Shown: piece after piece, positions 15,140 to 15,145 of the stretch | How the letters are laid out: every line of letters begins with the position of its first letter | Numbering within the stretch: the first letter of the stretch is position 1 | IMG/VR virus record: IMGVR_UViG_2617270941_000006 | Reading direction: 5' to 3' (one strand) | Length of the DNA: 15,145 bases | Source: a virus | Lineage: Duplodnaviria; Heunggongvirae; Uroviricota; Caudoviricetes | Notes under the pieces: model-generated | The model's database searches: none | The model's input: the letters and a program-made list of their open reading frames with translations, nothing else | Told to the model about the DNA's origin: nothing | Position numbers and translations under genes: made by a program

Positions 15140-15145
15140 TACCAG

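Larger units (their letters stand above)
1507..15145 (-). mobile_element. P2-like (Peduovirus-type) prophage remnant in reverse orientation, extending beyond the window end; the int-proximal end is not in the window
   Basis: Collinear P2 gene order on the minus strand (ogr, S, R, lysC/B/A, X, L, M, N, O), then P and Q on the plus strand, the cos sequence, and replication gene A with early-region small ORFs. Protein lengths match P2 (R 155, LysB 141, LysA 141, L 169, M 247, N 357, O 284, P 590). Confidence 0.9.

Noticed and set aside
1-15145. CRISPR arrays, tRNA or rRNA genes, IS elements, integrase
   Set aside because: No direct-repeat/spacer periodicity, no tRNA-like sequence at the att site (the target here is an sRNA 3' end), and no transposase-like ORF. 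The integrase end of the prophage lies beyond the window.

Overview
The window runs from a host locus into one end of a decayed P2-like prophage that carries a low-GC restriction-modification cassette as cargo. Host part: full-length yegQ/trhP (1-1362) and the CRP-dependent sRNA gene cyaR (about 1447-1533). The last 27 nt of cyaR match the P2 attachment-site core as I recall it, so the prophage junction sits at about 1507-1533. The prophage lies in reverse orientation and runs past the window end: S'-'ogr fusion, R, lysC/lysB/lysA, an X stub, L, M, N, O on the minus strand, then P and a broken Q on the plus strand, cos, the cargo, then replication gene A and two small early-region ORFs. Three deletions are visible: the whole tail block (V through D), the holin and endolysin genes (Y, K), and an internal frameshifting piece of portal gene Q. 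The slot between cos and A, where P2 itself carries old/tin, holds the most interesting system: a divergent C5 cytosine methyltransferase, a small HTH controller-like gene, and a 351-aa putative restriction endonuclease with no family assignment I can make from sequence. Phage proteins were identified by recall of P2 sequences, gene order and lengths, not by database search. Gene starts were set from the ORF track by residue counting, so non-ORF coordinates (cyaR, att, cos, terminators) may be off by a few nt.
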